A stretch of DNA of 64,000 bases from an uncultured Pelagibacteraceae bacterium (GTDB lineage: Bacteria > Pseudomonadota > Alphaproteobacteria > Pelagibacterales > Pelagibacteraceae): assembly GCA_902578105.1 (NCBI GenBank), contig CACHBQ010000003.1, positions 3,492-67,491 on the forward strand. Reading direction: 5' to 3'. Below, one piece after another: positions 32,398 to 47,637 of the stretch; position 1 is the stretch's first letter, and each line of letters starts with the position of its first letter. Made by a program: the position numbers and the translations under genes. The notes beneath the pieces were generated by a model. It was not told where the DNA came from, searched no databases, and saw only the letters and a list, made by a program, of their open reading frames with translations.

Positions 32398-35271
32398 TTA
32401 TTCAAAAACTTTCTTTATAATTTCTTGTTGTTGAGAAACGTGTCTCTTGGCATATCCTGTTGCAGGTGATGCATCTGGACTTCTTCCAATATAAGAAATC
32501 ATACTATTCTTAGCCTTTATATTATCTAATGTCCATTGGATATAATCTCTGACTGAAAACCAAGCACCCATATTTTTAGGTTCTTCTTGACACCAATAAA
32601 ATTTTGCATTTTTTGCATATGGTTTGAGCTCATTAGCAAGTGCTTTTGCAGGAAAAGGGTAGAGTTGTTCAATCCTATATAACACTACGTTGTTTTTTTT
32701 TATTTTTTCTCTTGCTTCAAGTAAATCAAAGTAAACTTTTCCAGAACAAAGAATCACTTTTTCAATTTTTTTCGGTTTTTTTAGTTTGATAAATCCTTTT
32801 ACTTTTGGATCAATAGCATGATCCCATAAAACTCTATGAAATGAATTTTTTTTACTAAAATCATCCAAATTAGAAACACAATGTTTATGACGTAATAAAG
32901 ATTTAGGTGTCATAATAATTAATGGTTTTCTAAAGTCTCTATGCATTTGTCTCCTTAAAGCATGGAAATAATTTGCAGGAGTTGTGCAATTCATGACTTG
33001 CATATTATCATTTGAGCATAATTGTAAAAACCTTTCTAACCTAGCTGATGAATGTTCAGGTCCTTGACCCTCATATCCATGTGGCAACAACATTACTAGA
33101 CCAGAGGCTCTTGACCATTTTCGTTCACCAGAAGCTATGAATTGATCGATAACTACTTGCGCACCATTAGCAAAATCTCCAAATTGAGCCTCCCAGATAG
33201 TAAGAGTATTAGGTTCAACTAAACTATATCCATATTCAAATCCTAGAACAGCTAATTCCGATAAAAAACTATCTACTATTTCAAAATTTTTTTGTTTATT
33301 TGAAATATTATTCAAAGGGATATATCTCGAATTATCTATTTGATTTCTTAAAACAGAATGTCTTTGACTAAATGTACCTCTTCCCGAATCTTGACCTACA
33401 AGTCTTACTGGATAACCTTCCTCCAATAATGAACCAAAAGCTAATGACTCCGCAGTAGACCAATCTATGCCTTTACCATTAGAAACTGAAACTTTACGAT
33501 TTTCTAAAATTTTTGTAATTGTTTTGTGAATGTTTATTTCAGTCGGTATTGTATTTATTTTATCAGAAATATTTCTTAATTTTTTAGTGTCAGAGCCTGT
33601 AACTCCTCTTTTGTCTTTTCCTCGCTCTGGTCTATATCTTGACCATGTCCCCTCAAACCACTCTATTTTTGGTTTATAATTTTTTGCATTTTTAAATTGG
33701 TCATCTAATAGATCTTTAAATTTTTTAATGGAATTATTTAAATAATCATTTGTAATTGATCCTTCGCTTACCAGTTTTTCACCATAAACTTTGATAGTTG
33801 AAGGATGGGATCTTATCTTTTTATACATTAAAGGCTGAGTGAATGAAGGCTCGTCTCCCTCATTATGTCCAAATCTTCTATAACAAATCAAATCAATGAC
33901 AACGTCTCTATTAAATTTTAATCTAAAGTCTGTTGCAATTCTTGCTGCATAAACAACTGCCTCTGGATCATCACCATTCACATGAATAATCGGTGCCTCA
34001 ACCATTTTTGCTATATCAGAAGGATATGGCGAAGATCTTGCAAATCTTGGGCTTGTTGTAAAACCTATTTGGTTGTTTACTATAATATGAATTGTGCCAC
34101 CTGTATTATGTCCTGGAAGACCAGACATTGCAAAACATTCAGCTACCACTCCTTGTCCAGCGAAGGCTGCATCTCCATGAATAAGAATCGGAATTACTTT
34201 TTTTCTCTCTTTATCTTTATGAAAAAATTGTTTTGCTCTAGTTTGACCTAAAACGACTGGATTGACTGCTTCTAAATGTGAAGGATTATCTGTCAAACTC
34301 ACATGAACTGAATTTCCATCAAACTCTCTATTAGATGAAGCACCTAAATGATATTTAACATCTCCAGTATCATCTTTAGACTTTGAACTTATTTCTCCTG
34401 CAAACTCATTAAATATTCTTTTGTAAGATTTTTGAAGAACATTAGCTAATACATTTAGTCGACCTCTATGAGACATCCCGATTTTAACTTCTTTAATATT
34501 TGACTGACCACCAATTTTAATTATTTGTTCAAGTGCAGGAATTAAGCTTTCACCGCCATCAAGACCAAATCTTTTAGTCCCAACATATTTTGTATGAAGA
34601 AATTTTTCAAAACCCTCAGCTTGAATCAGTTTGTTAAGAATTGCCTCTTTACCATTTTGTGTAAAATTAAAATCATCTGCCTTTTCAACACGATCTCTAA
34701 ACCACTTTCTCTCAGTAGGATTTGAAATATGCATATATTCATAACCTAAAGAACCACAATACTTTTCTTTTAAGAATTTTAATATTTCATTAATATTTGA
34801 GTATTGCTTATTAGTGACATTGTCTAAGAAAATTTTCTTTTGATAATCTTCTTTTTTAAATCCATAAGACTCTGGATGAAGTTCCTCTAAATAATCTGAT
34901 TTTAACAATCCTAATGGATCAAGCTTTGCAATTAGATGACCCCTTTGTCTATACGACCTAATCATCGCTACAGCTTTAATTGAATTTGTATTTGATTTAA
35001 TTATATCATCATTATTTTGTTCTGTGGTTTGATTTTCAAAATTTTCCTTTTTATTTATTGAAACTTTCTTAGAAGGACTCCACGAAGGACCATTGATTTC
35101 ATTTACAATTATATCGTCTTCATCTCCAACTTCTTTAAAATATTTTCTCCAGCTATCAGGTAATTCAGGGTCGTTGTTTACAAATTTTAAGTACATTTCT
35201 TCGATGAAAGCGCTGTTTGATTTATTGAGAAAGGCTGTTTTTTTAAATTCTAAATTTTTAGAGGAAGACAT
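32398..35271 (-). CDS. sucA: 2-oxoglutarate dehydrogenase E1
   Basis: HRGRLN, GDVKYHLG, HGDAAF, WEAQFGDF, GPEHSS. Confidence 0.98.
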   Translation of the reverse strand: MSSSKNLEFKKTAFLNKSNSAFIEEMYLKFVNNDPELPDSWRKYFKEVGDEDDIIVNEINGPSWSPSKKVSINKKENFENQTTEQNNDDIIKSNTNSIKAVAMIRSYRQRGHLIAKLDPLGLLKSDYLEELHPESYGFKKEDYQKKIFLDNVTNKQYSNINEILKFLKEKYCGSLGYEYMHISNPTERKWFRDRVEKADDFNFTQNGKEAILNKLIQAEGFEKFLHTKYVGTKRFGLDGGESLIPALEQIIKIGGQSNIKEVKIGMSHRGRLNVLANVLQKSYKRIFNEFAGEISSKSKDDTGDVKYHLGASSNREFDGNSVHVSLTDNPSHLEAVNPVVLGQTRAKQFFHKDKERKKVIPILIHGDAAFAGQGVVAECFAMSGLPGHNTGGTIHIIVNNQIGFTTSPRFARSSPYPSDIAKMVEAPIIHVNGDDPEAVVYAARIATDFRLKFNRDVVIDLICYRRFGHNEGDEPSFTQPLMYKKIRSHPSTIKVYGEKLVSEGSITNDYLNNSIKKFKDLLDDQFKNAKNYKPKIEWFEGTWSRYRPERGKDKRGVTGSDTKKLRNISDKINTIPTEINIHKTITKILENRKVSVSNGKGIDWSTAESLAFGSLLEEGYPVRLVGQDSGRGTFSQRHSVLRNQIDNSRYIPLNNISNKQKNFEIVDSFLSELAVLGFEYGYSLVEPNTLTIWEAQFGDFANGAQVVIDQFIASGERKWSRASGLVMLLPHGYEGQGPEHSSARLERFLQLCSNDNMQVMNCTTPANYFHALRRQMHRDFRKPLIIMTPKSLLRHKHCVSNLDDFSKKNSFHRVLWDHAIDPKVKGFIKLKKPKKIEKVILCSGKVYFDLLEAREKIKKNNVVLYRIEQLYPFPAKALANELKPYAKNAKFYWCQEEPKNMGAWFSVRDYIQWTLDNIKAKNSMISYIGRSPDASPATGYAKRHVSQQQEIIKKVFE

Positions 35272-35306
35272 TATGTTTACTCAATATAAACTGACTAAGA
35301 AATTTT

Positions 35307-36181
35307 TCAATCAGACAATTTATCGAACAGTGTTTTTCCAATTTTGGACGGAGAATTCGCCATTGTTATTCCACAATCTTCCATCTTTTTAATCTTATCT
35401 TTAGCGCCACCTTTGCCCCCAGAAATAATTGCACCAGCATGGCCCATTCTACGACCTGGTGGTGCTGTAATACCCGCTATAAAGCCAACAATTGGTTTTT
35501 TTATTTTGTGATTTTGAATAAATTCTGCTGCTTCTTCCTCAGCTGTACCTCCGATTTCTCCTATCATTAAAATAGACTCTGTTTCATCATCATTTAAAAA
35601 TAAATCTAAACAATCAATAAAATTGGTGCCATTTATTGGATCTCCACCAATACCTATACAAGTAGATTGACCTAATCCATTTTCTGTAGTTTGAGCAACT
35701 GCCTCATAGGTTAAAGTCCCAGATCTAGAGACAATACCAACTGAACCTTTTTTGTGGATATTGCCTGGCATAATACCAATTTTACATTCATCAGGAGTTA
35801 TTATTCCTGGACAATTAGGTCCAATTAATCTTGAATTTGATTTTAGTAATTTCTGTTTAACTCTCAACATATCTTGAATTGGGATTCCTTCAGTAATGCA
35901 AACAATTAACTCGATTGATGCCTCTATTGCCTCAATGATTGCTGCAGCAGCAAACTTCGCTGGCACATATATCATCGTGGCGTTGGCACCCTCAGAGTTT
36001 TTAGCCTCTTTAACTGTATTAAAAACTGGTAATCCTAAATGTTTTTGTCCTCCTTTTTTAGGAGTGACTCCACCTACTAATTTTGTTCCATATTTAATTG
36101 CTTGCTCAGAGTGAAATGTTCCATGTGAACCAGTAAAACCCTGACAAATTAACCTAGTTTCTTTATTTACAAGAACTGACA

Positions 36182-36182
<1 letters not shown>
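35307..36182 (-). CDS. sucD: Succinyl-CoA synthetase alpha subunit
   Basis: [26 protein letters not shown]. Confidence 0.98.
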
Positions 36183-39815
<3,633 letters not shown>

Positions 39816-39857
39816 GAATAGGATCTTTTAGATTAAAAATTGTTATTAGTCTATTGT

Positions 39858-40640
39858 TTAAATATTAGCTGTTGCTAACATTTTTTTTATTTCAGCAATT
39901 GCTTTTGCAGGATTTAAACCTTTTGGACAAGCGCTAGTACAGTTTAAAATTGTGTGACACCTATAAAGTTTAAGTTCATCTGCCACCTTTTTTAATCTTG
40001 AATTTCTCTCTTCATCTCTACTATCTATGATCCATCGATAGGCTTGTAAAAGTACTGCTGGTCCTAGATATTTATCACCATTCCACCAATAACTTGGGCA
40101 AGAAGTTGAACAACACGCACACATTATACATTCATATGCGCCATCTAGTTTAGCTCTATCTTCTTTAGATTGAAAAATTTCTTTAGTTTCTGACTTTGAA
40201 TTTGATTTTAACCATGGCTCAATTGATTGATACTGTTTATATAAACCATCCAAGTCGCCTATTAGATCTTTTTTGACTTTAAGGTGTGGTAATGGATAAA
40301 TATTGATATCACCATCTATTTCTTTGTGGGGAGTTGTACAGGCAAGGCCATTTTTTCCATCCATATTCATCGCACAAGAACCACAAACTCCATGAGCACA
40401 AGATCTTCTATAAGCCAAAGTCGGATCTATTTCATTTTTAATTTTATTTAAAATATCTAAAACTTTTGAGGGACAATTATCCATATCAACTTCATAGGTA
40501 TCTATTCTAGGATTTTCCTCTGTAGACGGGTCCCATCTATAAACATTTACTTTTCTAAGATTTTTTGAACCAGTTTTATCCTTAAAATATTTACCTTTTT
40601 TTACTTTTGAATTGTCAGGTAAACCTATTTGAGCCATCAA
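39858..40640 (-). CDS. sdhB: Succinate dehydrogenase Fe-S subunit
   Basis: [33 protein letters not shown]. Confidence 0.97.
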   Translation of the reverse strand: MMAQIGLPDNSKVKKGKYFKDKTGSKNLRKVNVYRWDPSTEENPRIDTYEVDMDNCPSKVLDILNKIKNEIDPTLAYRRSCAHGVCGSCAMNMDGKNGLACTTPHKEIDGDINIYPLPHLKVKKDLIGDLDGLYKQYQSIEPWLKSNSKSETKEIFQSKEDRAKLDGAYECIMCACCSTSCPSYWWNGDKYLGPAVLLQAYRWIIDSRDEERNSRLKKVADELKLYRCHTILNCTSACPKGLNPAKAIAEIKKMLATANI

Positions 40641-42412
40641 TAAACTCTTTCCTGAGGTGGAAAATATTGCACTTCATTAGTCAATGTTGATTTGTGAACT
40701 TCTCTATAACTAATTTTTGTATCTTTTCCGTCACACCAAGCAAGAGTATGTTGCATAAATTTATTATCATCTCTTTTTGGAAAGTCTTCTCTCGCATGTG
40801 CTCCTCGACTTTCCTTTCTGTTATAGGCTGAATCAACTGTTACTACAGCTTGTCTTATTAAATTATCAAATTCTAAAGTTTCAACTAAATCAGTATTAAA
40901 AATTAAAGATTTATCTTTAACTGATAAAGAGTCTAGCCCATCATAAGTTTTTCTTATTTCATTAACACCTTCTTTAAGAGTTTTTTCAGTTCTAAAAACA
41001 GCACACTTGGACTGCATAGTTTTCTGCATTGATAACCTTAGCTCAGCTGTTCCAATGTCACCCTGTGAATTTCTTATTTTGTCAAAACGATCTAAGCATT
41101 TTTGGGTTTCTGTTTCACTGATTTCCTCGTGTGGGGTTCCTGGTTTTATTAGCTCTGCTGCACGTTTGGCAGCTGCTCTACCAAAAACAACTAAATCAAT
41201 TAATGAGTTTGAACCAAGTCTGTTTGCTCCATGAACTGAAACACACGCTGCTTCACCTATTGCCATTAAACCTGGAACAGTTTTTTCTGAACCATTTACA
41301 GTTAATACTTCTGCTTTATAATTTGTTGGAATTCCACCCATATTATAATGAACTGTTGGAACAACTGGAATTGGTTCTTTGGTAACATCTACATTAGCAA
41401 ATAATCTTGCAGCATCAGTTATACCAGGTAATCTACTTTCGATAATATCCTTATCTAAGTGACTTAAATTAAGATGAACATGATCTTGATCTTCTCCAAC
41501 TCCTCTTCCTTCATTAATCTCAATTGACATCGATCTACTCACAACATCTCTTGATGCTAAATCTTTCGCTTTAGGGGCATATCTTTCCATAAATCTTTCA
41601 CCCTTAGAATTTGTAAGATATCCTCCTTCACCTCTTGCGCCCTCTGTGATCAATGTGCCATGACCATAAATTCCTGTTGGATGAAATTGAACAAATTCCA
41701 TATCTTGCAATGGTAAACCTGCTCTTAATACCATCGCATTACCATCACCCGTACAAGTATGGGCTGATGTTGCAGAATAATATACTTTTCCATAACCACC
41801 TGTTGCGATTATAACAGTGTGAGCTCTAAATCTATGAATAGTTCCATCATTTAAATTCCAAGCAATAAGACCTTTGCAAGCTCCATCTTTCATTAATAAA
41901 TCTAATGCAAAATACTCAATAAAAAATTCTGTTTTATGTTTTAAAGCTTGTCCATATAAAGTATGTAAAATTGCATGACCTGTTCTATCAGCGGCTGCAC
42001 AAGTTCTTTGTACAATTCCATTGCCGTAATTTTTGGTCATACCACCAAATGGTCTTTGATAAATTTTTCCATCTTCAGTTCTGCTAAATGGAACACCATA
42101 TTTTTCTAGCTCTATTACAGCCTTCGGTGCCTCCTTACAGAGATATTCAATACTATCCTGATCACCTAACCAATCAGCTCCTTTAACTGTGTCGTACATA
42201 TGCCAACGCCAATCATCCTCACCCATATTTCCTAAAGCAGCGGAAATACCACCTTGCGCTGCAGAGGTGTGACTTCTAGTTGGAAAGACTTTTGAAATAC
42301 AAGCTGTTTTTAAACCAGCCTCACTTAAACCAACCGCGGCCCTTAGACCAGAACCACCTGCTCCCAAGACTACCACATCGTATTCATGATCGATTATTTT
42401 GTAAGAACTCAT
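40637..42412 (-). CDS. sdhA: Succinate dehydrogenase flavoprotein
   Basis: [10 protein letters not shown] (FAD His), QFHPTG, HYNMGG, HGANRLG. Confidence 0.98.
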   Translation of the reverse strand: MSSYKIIDHEYDVVVLGAGGSGLRAAVGLSEAGLKTACISKVFPTRSHTSAAQGGISAALGNMGEDDWRWHMYDTVKGADWLGDQDSIEYLCKEAPKAVIELEKYGVPFSRTEDGKIYQRPFGGMTKNYGNGIVQRTCAAADRTGHAILHTLYGQALKHKTEFFIEYFALDLLMKDGACKGLIAWNLNDGTIHRFRAHTVIIATGGYGKVYYSATSAHTCTGDGNAMVLRAGLPLQDMEFVQFHPTGIYGHGTLITEGARGEGGYLTNSKGERFMERYAPKAKDLASRDVVSRSMSIEINEGRGVGEDQDHVHLNLSHLDKDIIESRLPGITDAARLFANVDVTKEPIPVVPTVHYNMGGIPTNYKAEVLTVNGSEKTVPGLMAIGEAACVSVHGANRLGSNSLIDLVVFGRAAAKRAAELIKPGTPHEEISETETQKCLDRFDKIRNSQGDIGTAELRLSMQKTMQSKCAVFRTEKTLKEGVNEIRKTYDGLDSLSVKDKSLIFNTDLVETLEFDNLIRQAVVTVDSAYNRKESRGAHAREDFPKRDDNKFMQHTLAWCDGKDTKISYREVHKSTLTNEVQYFPPQERVY

Positions 42413-42732
42413 AAGTTAATTAATAATATAATTGTAATTAATGGAATTACCACAGCTGATACGTACAAAAAACCATTTGCGACATTTTTGATTTTATAAT
42501 CTTTTATATAATCCTCAAAAACCTCACTAATACTTAATGCTGAAAAGAAATATGCAGTAATAATAAATAAACTAAATAAAAACTTAGATAATGGATTCGT
42601 AAAAAATTCCAATACTTCTGAATAACTCTGATCATAAATACTAATAAAACTTAGAATAAACCAGGCCATTAATGGAACTAATATTGCTCCACTTATTTTT
42701 AAAAAAATCCATTTTTTTGTTGCAGCAATCAT
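42409..42732 (-). CDS. sdhD: Succinate dehydrogenase membrane anchor SdhD (no His residue)
   Basis: Three hydrophobic segments, EDY quinone motif, position between sdhC and sdhA; ATG 42732 preferred. Confidence 0.85.
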   Translation of the reverse strand: MIAATKKWIFLKISGAILVPLMAWFILSFISIYDQSYSEVLEFFTNPLSKFLFSLFIITAYFFSALSISEVFEDYIKDYKIKNVANGFLYVSAVVIPLITIILLINL

Positions 42733-42733
42733 T

Positions 42734-43117
42734 TTAAAATAAATTTTTTCCAATCAAATATAAAATTATAGTTAAAAAGATTGATCCTATAATTACTAAA
42801 AGACCAGTTATTTTAGTTGTCTTAAGTTCAAATCCATAACCTAAATCCATTATCAAATGTCTTATCTCACTTAAAATTTGAAAACAAAAAGACCATGTCA
42901 AACCTAAAGTAATAAATTTTCCAATTTGAGAATTTAATAGTAAATTAACAGCCTCATAACTATTTTCACCTAATAATAATAAAGATGCCCACAAACAAAT
43001 TAACGTTATTCCAATTATATTTATTATGCCCGTAATTCTGTGTGAAATGGATACTAAAGACGAAATATGCCATTTATAAACTTGTATGTGAGGAGATAAT
43101 GGTTTTTTATTTTCCAT
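42734..43117 (-). CDS. sdhC: Succinate dehydrogenase cytochrome b556-family subunit SdhC
   Basis: PLSPH, SISHRITG, IRHLIMDLG. Confidence 0.93.
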   Translation of the reverse strand: MENKKPLSPHIQVYKWHISSLVSISHRITGIINIIGITLICLWASLLLLGENSYEAVNLLLNSQIGKFITLGLTWSFCFQILSEIRHLIMDLGYGFELKTTKITGLLVIIGSIFLTIILYLIGKNLF

Positions 43118-44114
43118 GGTAATTGTTTTTAATTACTGTTTCTGCAATTTCTACTGCATTCAAAGCCGCGCCTCTCAAAAGATTATCTGAAACAATCCAT
43201 AAATTTAATCCATTTTTAATTGTTTTATCTTCTCTTATCCTTGAAATAAAAGTTTCATCCATTCCCTCTGCTTCAATTGGAGTTGAATAGCCGCCATCAT
43301 TTCTTTCATCAACAACTTTACAACCTTCAAAATTATTCAAAGCATCTCTTACCTTTTCCAGAGTAAAAGGTTTTTCAAATTGTAAGTTGACTGACTCAGA
43401 ATGAGAAACAGAGATTGGTAATCTCACACATGTTGCTGTTAAATCAATTTTGGTATCTAAAATTTTTTTAGTTTCGTTCATCATTTTTAACTCTTCCTTA
43501 GTATAACCATCATCTGCAAATTGATCGATATGAGGGATGGCATTAAAAGCTATTTGTTTTGTAAAATTTTTAGATGATACTTTTTTACCATCTAAAACTA
43601 GTTTAGTTTGCTCAATAAGTTCATCCATGGGAGCTTTTCCACCTCCAGAAACTGATTGATAAGTAGACACGACAATTCTTTTGATAATAAATAGATCGTG
43701 TAAAGGTTTAAGAGCAATCACTAATTGAGCTGTTGAACAATTCGGATTTGCAACAATATTTTTTTTAATTTTTTTTAGATCATCTGAATTTACTTGTGGA
43801 ACTATCAAAGGTACGTCTGGATCCATTCTAAAAAAACTAGAGTTATCAATTACCAAGCAATTTTTGGCTGCTCTTTCAGCAAATTTTTCAGAAATTTTTC
43901 CACCAGCTGCAAAAAAAGCGATATTAACTTTTGAGAAATCAAAATTTTCTAAATCAAGGACATCCATTTCCTTACCTCTAAAACCAATTTTTTTTCCAAC
44001 ACTTTTTGAGGACGCAACTAAATATAAATTATCTACAGAAAATTCTTTTCTCTCCAAAATTTCCAATGTTTTTCTACCAACATTTCCTGTTGCTCCTATA
44101 ATTGCAATATTCAT
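43107..44114 (-). CDS. asd: Aspartate-semialdehyde dehydrogenase
   Basis: GATGNVG, NPNCST, TCVRLP, DNLLRGAALN. Confidence 0.96.
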   Translation of the reverse strand: MNIAIIGATGNVGRKTLEILERKEFSVDNLYLVASSKSVGKKIGFRGKEMDVLDLENFDFSKVNIAFFAAGGKISEKFAERAAKNCLVIDNSSFFRMDPDVPLIVPQVNSDDLKKIKKNIVANPNCSTAQLVIALKPLHDLFIIKRIVVSTYQSVSGGGKAPMDELIEQTKLVLDGKKVSSKNFTKQIAFNAIPHIDQFADDGYTKEELKMMNETKKILDTKIDLTATCVRLPISVSHSESVNLQFEKPFTLEKVRDALNNFEGCKVVDERNDGGYSTPIEAEGMDETFISRIREDKTIKNGLNLWIVSDNLLRGAALNAVEIAETVIKNNYHGK

Positions 44115-44129
44115 GATCTAAGTTTTATA

Positions 44130-45239
44130 CTAGATGAAAGGTAAATCGCAAACTTTAAGAGCTAAAGAATTTCCATCAATTTCTATTGTTCCGGACGAAG
44201 ATGCTTTGCAATATGGTTCTTTTATCATTGCAATACCAATAACTTTTTTAAAATGAGGCGAGTAACAAGCGGATCTTAGTTCTCCAATTATATTTCCATC
44301 ATTATTTTTGATGTTTAAAGAATTAGTTAAAAGAATCTTGGTTAAATCTATCTGAACACCCATTAGCTTTCTATCAATTCCTTTTTCTTTAATTTTTTTA
44401 AGTTTATCTTTACCTAAAAAGTTTATATCGGTCTCTAAATCAATATATTTATCAAAACCACATTGAAATGGATTGTCATTGTTATCAAAATCATTCCCAT
44501 AAGAAAGCAAACCACTCTCAATCCTTTCGATTAAATTTGGACATCCAGGTCTTACATTGAATTCTTCACCAATTTCAAAAAGATGATCGTATAACTTCAA
44601 ACCTGAGTCGGTGTTTTCAACATAAATTTCAAAACCACCTTGTTTTGACCAACCAGATCTAGCTATTAAATGTTTTGCCCCATTAAAAGTGAAATAATCA
44701 AATCCAAAAAATTTTAACTCTTTTATTTTTTCACCAAAAACTTTTTCCATTAAATCAAAAGATTTAGGACCTTGAACTGCTAAGATATCTACGATTGGTT
44801 CAAAAATTTTAACATCAAATTTATTTCCTGAAGCAAGACCTTTTGCAAAAAAAATTACATCAGAGTCAGCAATTGATATCCACCATCTATCTTCAGCTAA
44901 TTTTAAAATAACAGGATCATTTACCAAATTTCCATTTTCATCGATTAAAGGACAATAATAACATCTTCCTACTTTGGATTTCGATAAATCTCTACAAGTC
45001 ATGAGTTGTACAAGTTTTGCAGCATCTTTGCCTGAAATTTCAACCTGTCTTTCTGCAGCTACATCCCAAATTTGAACATTCTTTTTTAAATGATCACAAG
45101 ACTCTTCCAAGGAACCGAAAGCTGCTGGTAAAAGCATATGATTATAAACAGTATAAGCGGTAACACCTTGTTTCTCTATTCTAGAAGTATAGGGTGTACT
45201 TCTAACTCTTCTTGATTTTGCTATCGGATAACTTTTCAT
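44130..45239 (-). CDS. dmdA: DMSP demethylase
   Basis: GcvT fold, 369 aa, [42 protein letters not shown]; closely resembles Pelagibacter DmdA as recalled. Confidence 0.95.
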   Translation of the reverse strand: MKSYPIAKSRRVRSTPYTSRIEKQGVTAYTVYNHMLLPAAFGSLEESCDHLKKNVQIWDVAAERQVEISGKDAAKLVQLMTCRDLSKSKVGRCYYCPLIDENGNLVNDPVILKLAEDRWWISIADSDVIFFAKGLASGNKFDVKIFEPIVDILAVQGPKSFDLMEKVFGEKIKELKFFGFDYFTFNGAKHLIARSGWSKQGGFEIYVENTDSGLKLYDHLFEIGEEFNVRPGCPNLIERIESGLLSYGNDFDNNDNPFQCGFDKYIDLETDINFLGKDKLKKIKEKGIDRKLMGVQIDLTKILLTNSLNIKNNDGNIIGELRSACYSPHFKKVIGIAMIKEPYCKASSSGTIEIDGNSLALKVCDLPFI

Positions 45240-46012
45240 TTAATTAAAAATTCTAAAATCTTTTCTCTCATTTCAAATGCTTTTTCAATCATTATCATAT
45301 GACCACAACCTTTAATTACATGAGTAGATGAGTTTTTTACTAAATTTGAAAATTTTTTCCCTGCATCTAAATTGATCATTTTATCTAACTCTCCGAAAAT
45401 AAGTAATGTGGGAAGATCTAAAACTTTTGTTGCCTTTAACCCATTTGAGTAGTTATTACACGCATTTAAATCAACTGCTAAAATTTCACTAATATCTCTT
45501 GGGGACTGAATTATTTTTTCTACTGGATTACCACCAATAAATTTTTTTGAGCCTTCATAACCCCATTTCATCATTAATTTTACAGCATCAGAGTCACCAT
45601 TATTTGCAAGTTCTATTAAATCAGGATGAACTGGCATTTTATTTGAGCCGCCAACTAAAACTATTTTATTTAACCTGCTTTTATATTTAAAAGCATATTC
45701 AAGTATTTCTAAACATCCTTGAGAATGACCAACTAAAATCAAATTTTTTAATTGCAATTTTTTAAATACACTTTCTAGCCAATCAGCAATTTTTTCTATG
45801 GTATCTAAACATGGTCCATCTGAATTTCCATGACCAGGAAGATCGATAGACAATACATTGAAATTCTTATTCGAAAAAAATTGTTCAGTTAATGACCAAA
45901 CTATGTGTGAAAGGCCACTTCCATGAAGAAATACTATTGTTTGTTTTTTTGGATCTATGCCTTGGCCTGCATCAGATGCATGAATAGTTTTATTTTCTAT
46001 TTCAAATATCAA
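45236..46012 (-). CDS. Alpha/beta hydrolase in dmd cluster
   Basis: LHGSG, DLPGHG, GHSQG nucleophile elbow, GHM; TTG start; 4-bp overlap with dmdA. Confidence 0.88.
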   Translation of the reverse strand: MIFEIENKTIHASDAGQGIDPKKQTIVFLHGSGLSHIVWSLTEQFFSNKNFNVLSIDLPGHGNSDGPCLDTIEKIADWLESVFKKLQLKNLILVGHSQGCLEILEYAFKYKSRLNKIVLVGGSNKMPVHPDLIELANNGDSDAVKLMMKWGYEGSKKFIGGNPVEKIIQSPRDISEILAVDLNACNNYSNGLKATKVLDLPTLLIFGELDKMINLDAGKKFSNLVKNSSTHVIKGCGHMIMIEKAFEMREKILEFLIK

Positions 46013-46020
46013 TCAATTAC

Positions 46021-47637
46021 CTAAAATTTTTTTCTCAATTCAAATTTTTGAATTTTTCCTGTCGATGTTTTAGGTAGTTCACAAAAAACAACTTGTTTTG
46101 GCACTTTGAAACCTGCGAGGGTTTCTTTACAAAAACTAATTAATTCTTTCTCGGTTGTTGGTTTATCCTTTACCATCTCAATAAATGCACAAGGTACCTC
46201 TCCCCATTTTTCATCTGGTTTAGCTACAACGGCTGCAATAGATACTGAGGGATGTTTTGCAAGAGTATTTTCTATTTCTATAGAGGATATGTTTTCACCT
46301 CCAGAAATTATAATATCTTTAGACCTATCCTGGATTTTTACATATCCATCTGGATGCATGACAGCTAAGTCACCAGAATGAAACCAACCACCAGCCATTG
46401 CTTTATTTGTAGCATCCTTATCCTTAAAATAACCCTTCATGACTACATTTCCTTTAATCATTATTTCACCAATCGTCTTTCCATCTTTTGGAACTTCAGT
46501 CATTGTTTCTGGATCCATCACAGCAATCCCTTCTGTATTTGGATATCTAACTCCTTGTCTTGCTTTAATTTCGTTCTGTTTTTCCTCATCGAAGTCATTC
46601 CAAGCATCATTCCAAGCACATTGAGTTACATGTCCATAAGTTTCGGTTAATCCATAAACATGCATAACTTCAAAACCAAGTTCTTTCATTTTTTTGAAAA
46701 TTATACTTGGCGGTGGGGCTCCTGCAGTAAGGACGTATACTTTTTGCTTTAATTTTTTTCTATCAGACTCTGGTGCACCAGTTATCATATTTAGTACAAT
46801 AGGCGCTCCACCAAAGTGAGTAACATTATGTTTGTCTATTAATTCAAATATTTTTTTTACATCTATATTTCTTAGACAAATTGTTCTTCCATTTAACATG
46901 GGTATAGTCCAAGGATAACCCCATCCATTACAATGGAACATTGGGACGATAGTTAAAAAATTAAGTCTGTTTGGCATGTTCCAGGCAACTGCACTACCCG
47001 TGGACATTAAATATGATCCCCGATGATGGTAAACAACGCCTTTAGGGTTTCCGGTAGTTCCAGATGTATAGCTCAATGATATTGCTTGCCACTCGTCATC
47101 TGGCATTTTCCAATCAAAATTTTCATCACCAGTATTTAAAAAATTTTCGTATTCTAGATCGCCAATTTTTTCACACTTTGATTGGTCTGCAAATTTATCA
47201 ACTATATCAATAATTGTGATTTTCTTTTTTAAAGTGCTTAACGCTTTTTTAACTTCTATGTGTAATTGTCTATCAACAACAAGAACTTTAGCATCACTAT
47301 GTTCTAAAATATAAGCAATAGTTTTAGCATCTAATCTTATGTTAATTGTATTTAATACTGCACCAGACATAGGAACAGAGTAATGTCCCTCAAAAATTTC
47401 AGGTGTGTTGAAAGCTAAAAATGAGACAGTATCTCCTTTTTTAATTCCAATTTTATTAAGGGCGCTTGCAAATTTAATGGTACGTTTGTAAACATCAGCC
47501 CAGGTATATTTACGATCTTCATAGATAATTGCTTCATAATCAGGATAAATCTCTTTTGCTCTCTTCAAAAAAGTCAAAGGAGTTAAAGGAACATAATTTG
47601 CACTATTTTTATTTAAATTAGTATCGTAATGACTCAT
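46021..47637 (-). CDS. dmdB: Acyl-CoA synthetase, probable MMPA-CoA ligase
   Basis: YTSGTTGNPKG, YGLTE, SGDL, PKTSTGK; dmdA-linked. Confidence 0.85.
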   Translation of the reverse strand: MSHYDTNLNKNSANYVPLTPLTFLKRAKEIYPDYEAIIYEDRKYTWADVYKRTIKFASALNKIGIKKGDTVSFLAFNTPEIFEGHYSVPMSGAVLNTINIRLDAKTIAYILEHSDAKVLVVDRQLHIEVKKALSTLKKKITIIDIVDKFADQSKCEKIGDLEYENFLNTGDENFDWKMPDDEWQAISLSYTSGTTGNPKGVVYHHRGSYLMSTGSAVAWNMPNRLNFLTIVPMFHCNGWGYPWTIPMLNGRTICLRNIDVKKIFELIDKHNVTHFGGAPIVLNMITGAPESDRKKLKQKVYVLTAGAPPPSIIFKKMKELGFEVMHVYGLTETYGHVTQCAWNDAWNDFDEEKQNEIKARQGVRYPNTEGIAVMDPETMTEVPKDGKTIGEIMIKGNVVMKGYFKDKDATNKAMAGGWFHSGDLAVMHPDGYVKIQDRSKDIIISGGENISSIEIENTLAKHPSVSIAAVVAKPDEKWGEVPCAFIEMVKDKPTTEKELISFCKETLAGFKVPKQVVFCELPKTSTGKIQKFELRKKF

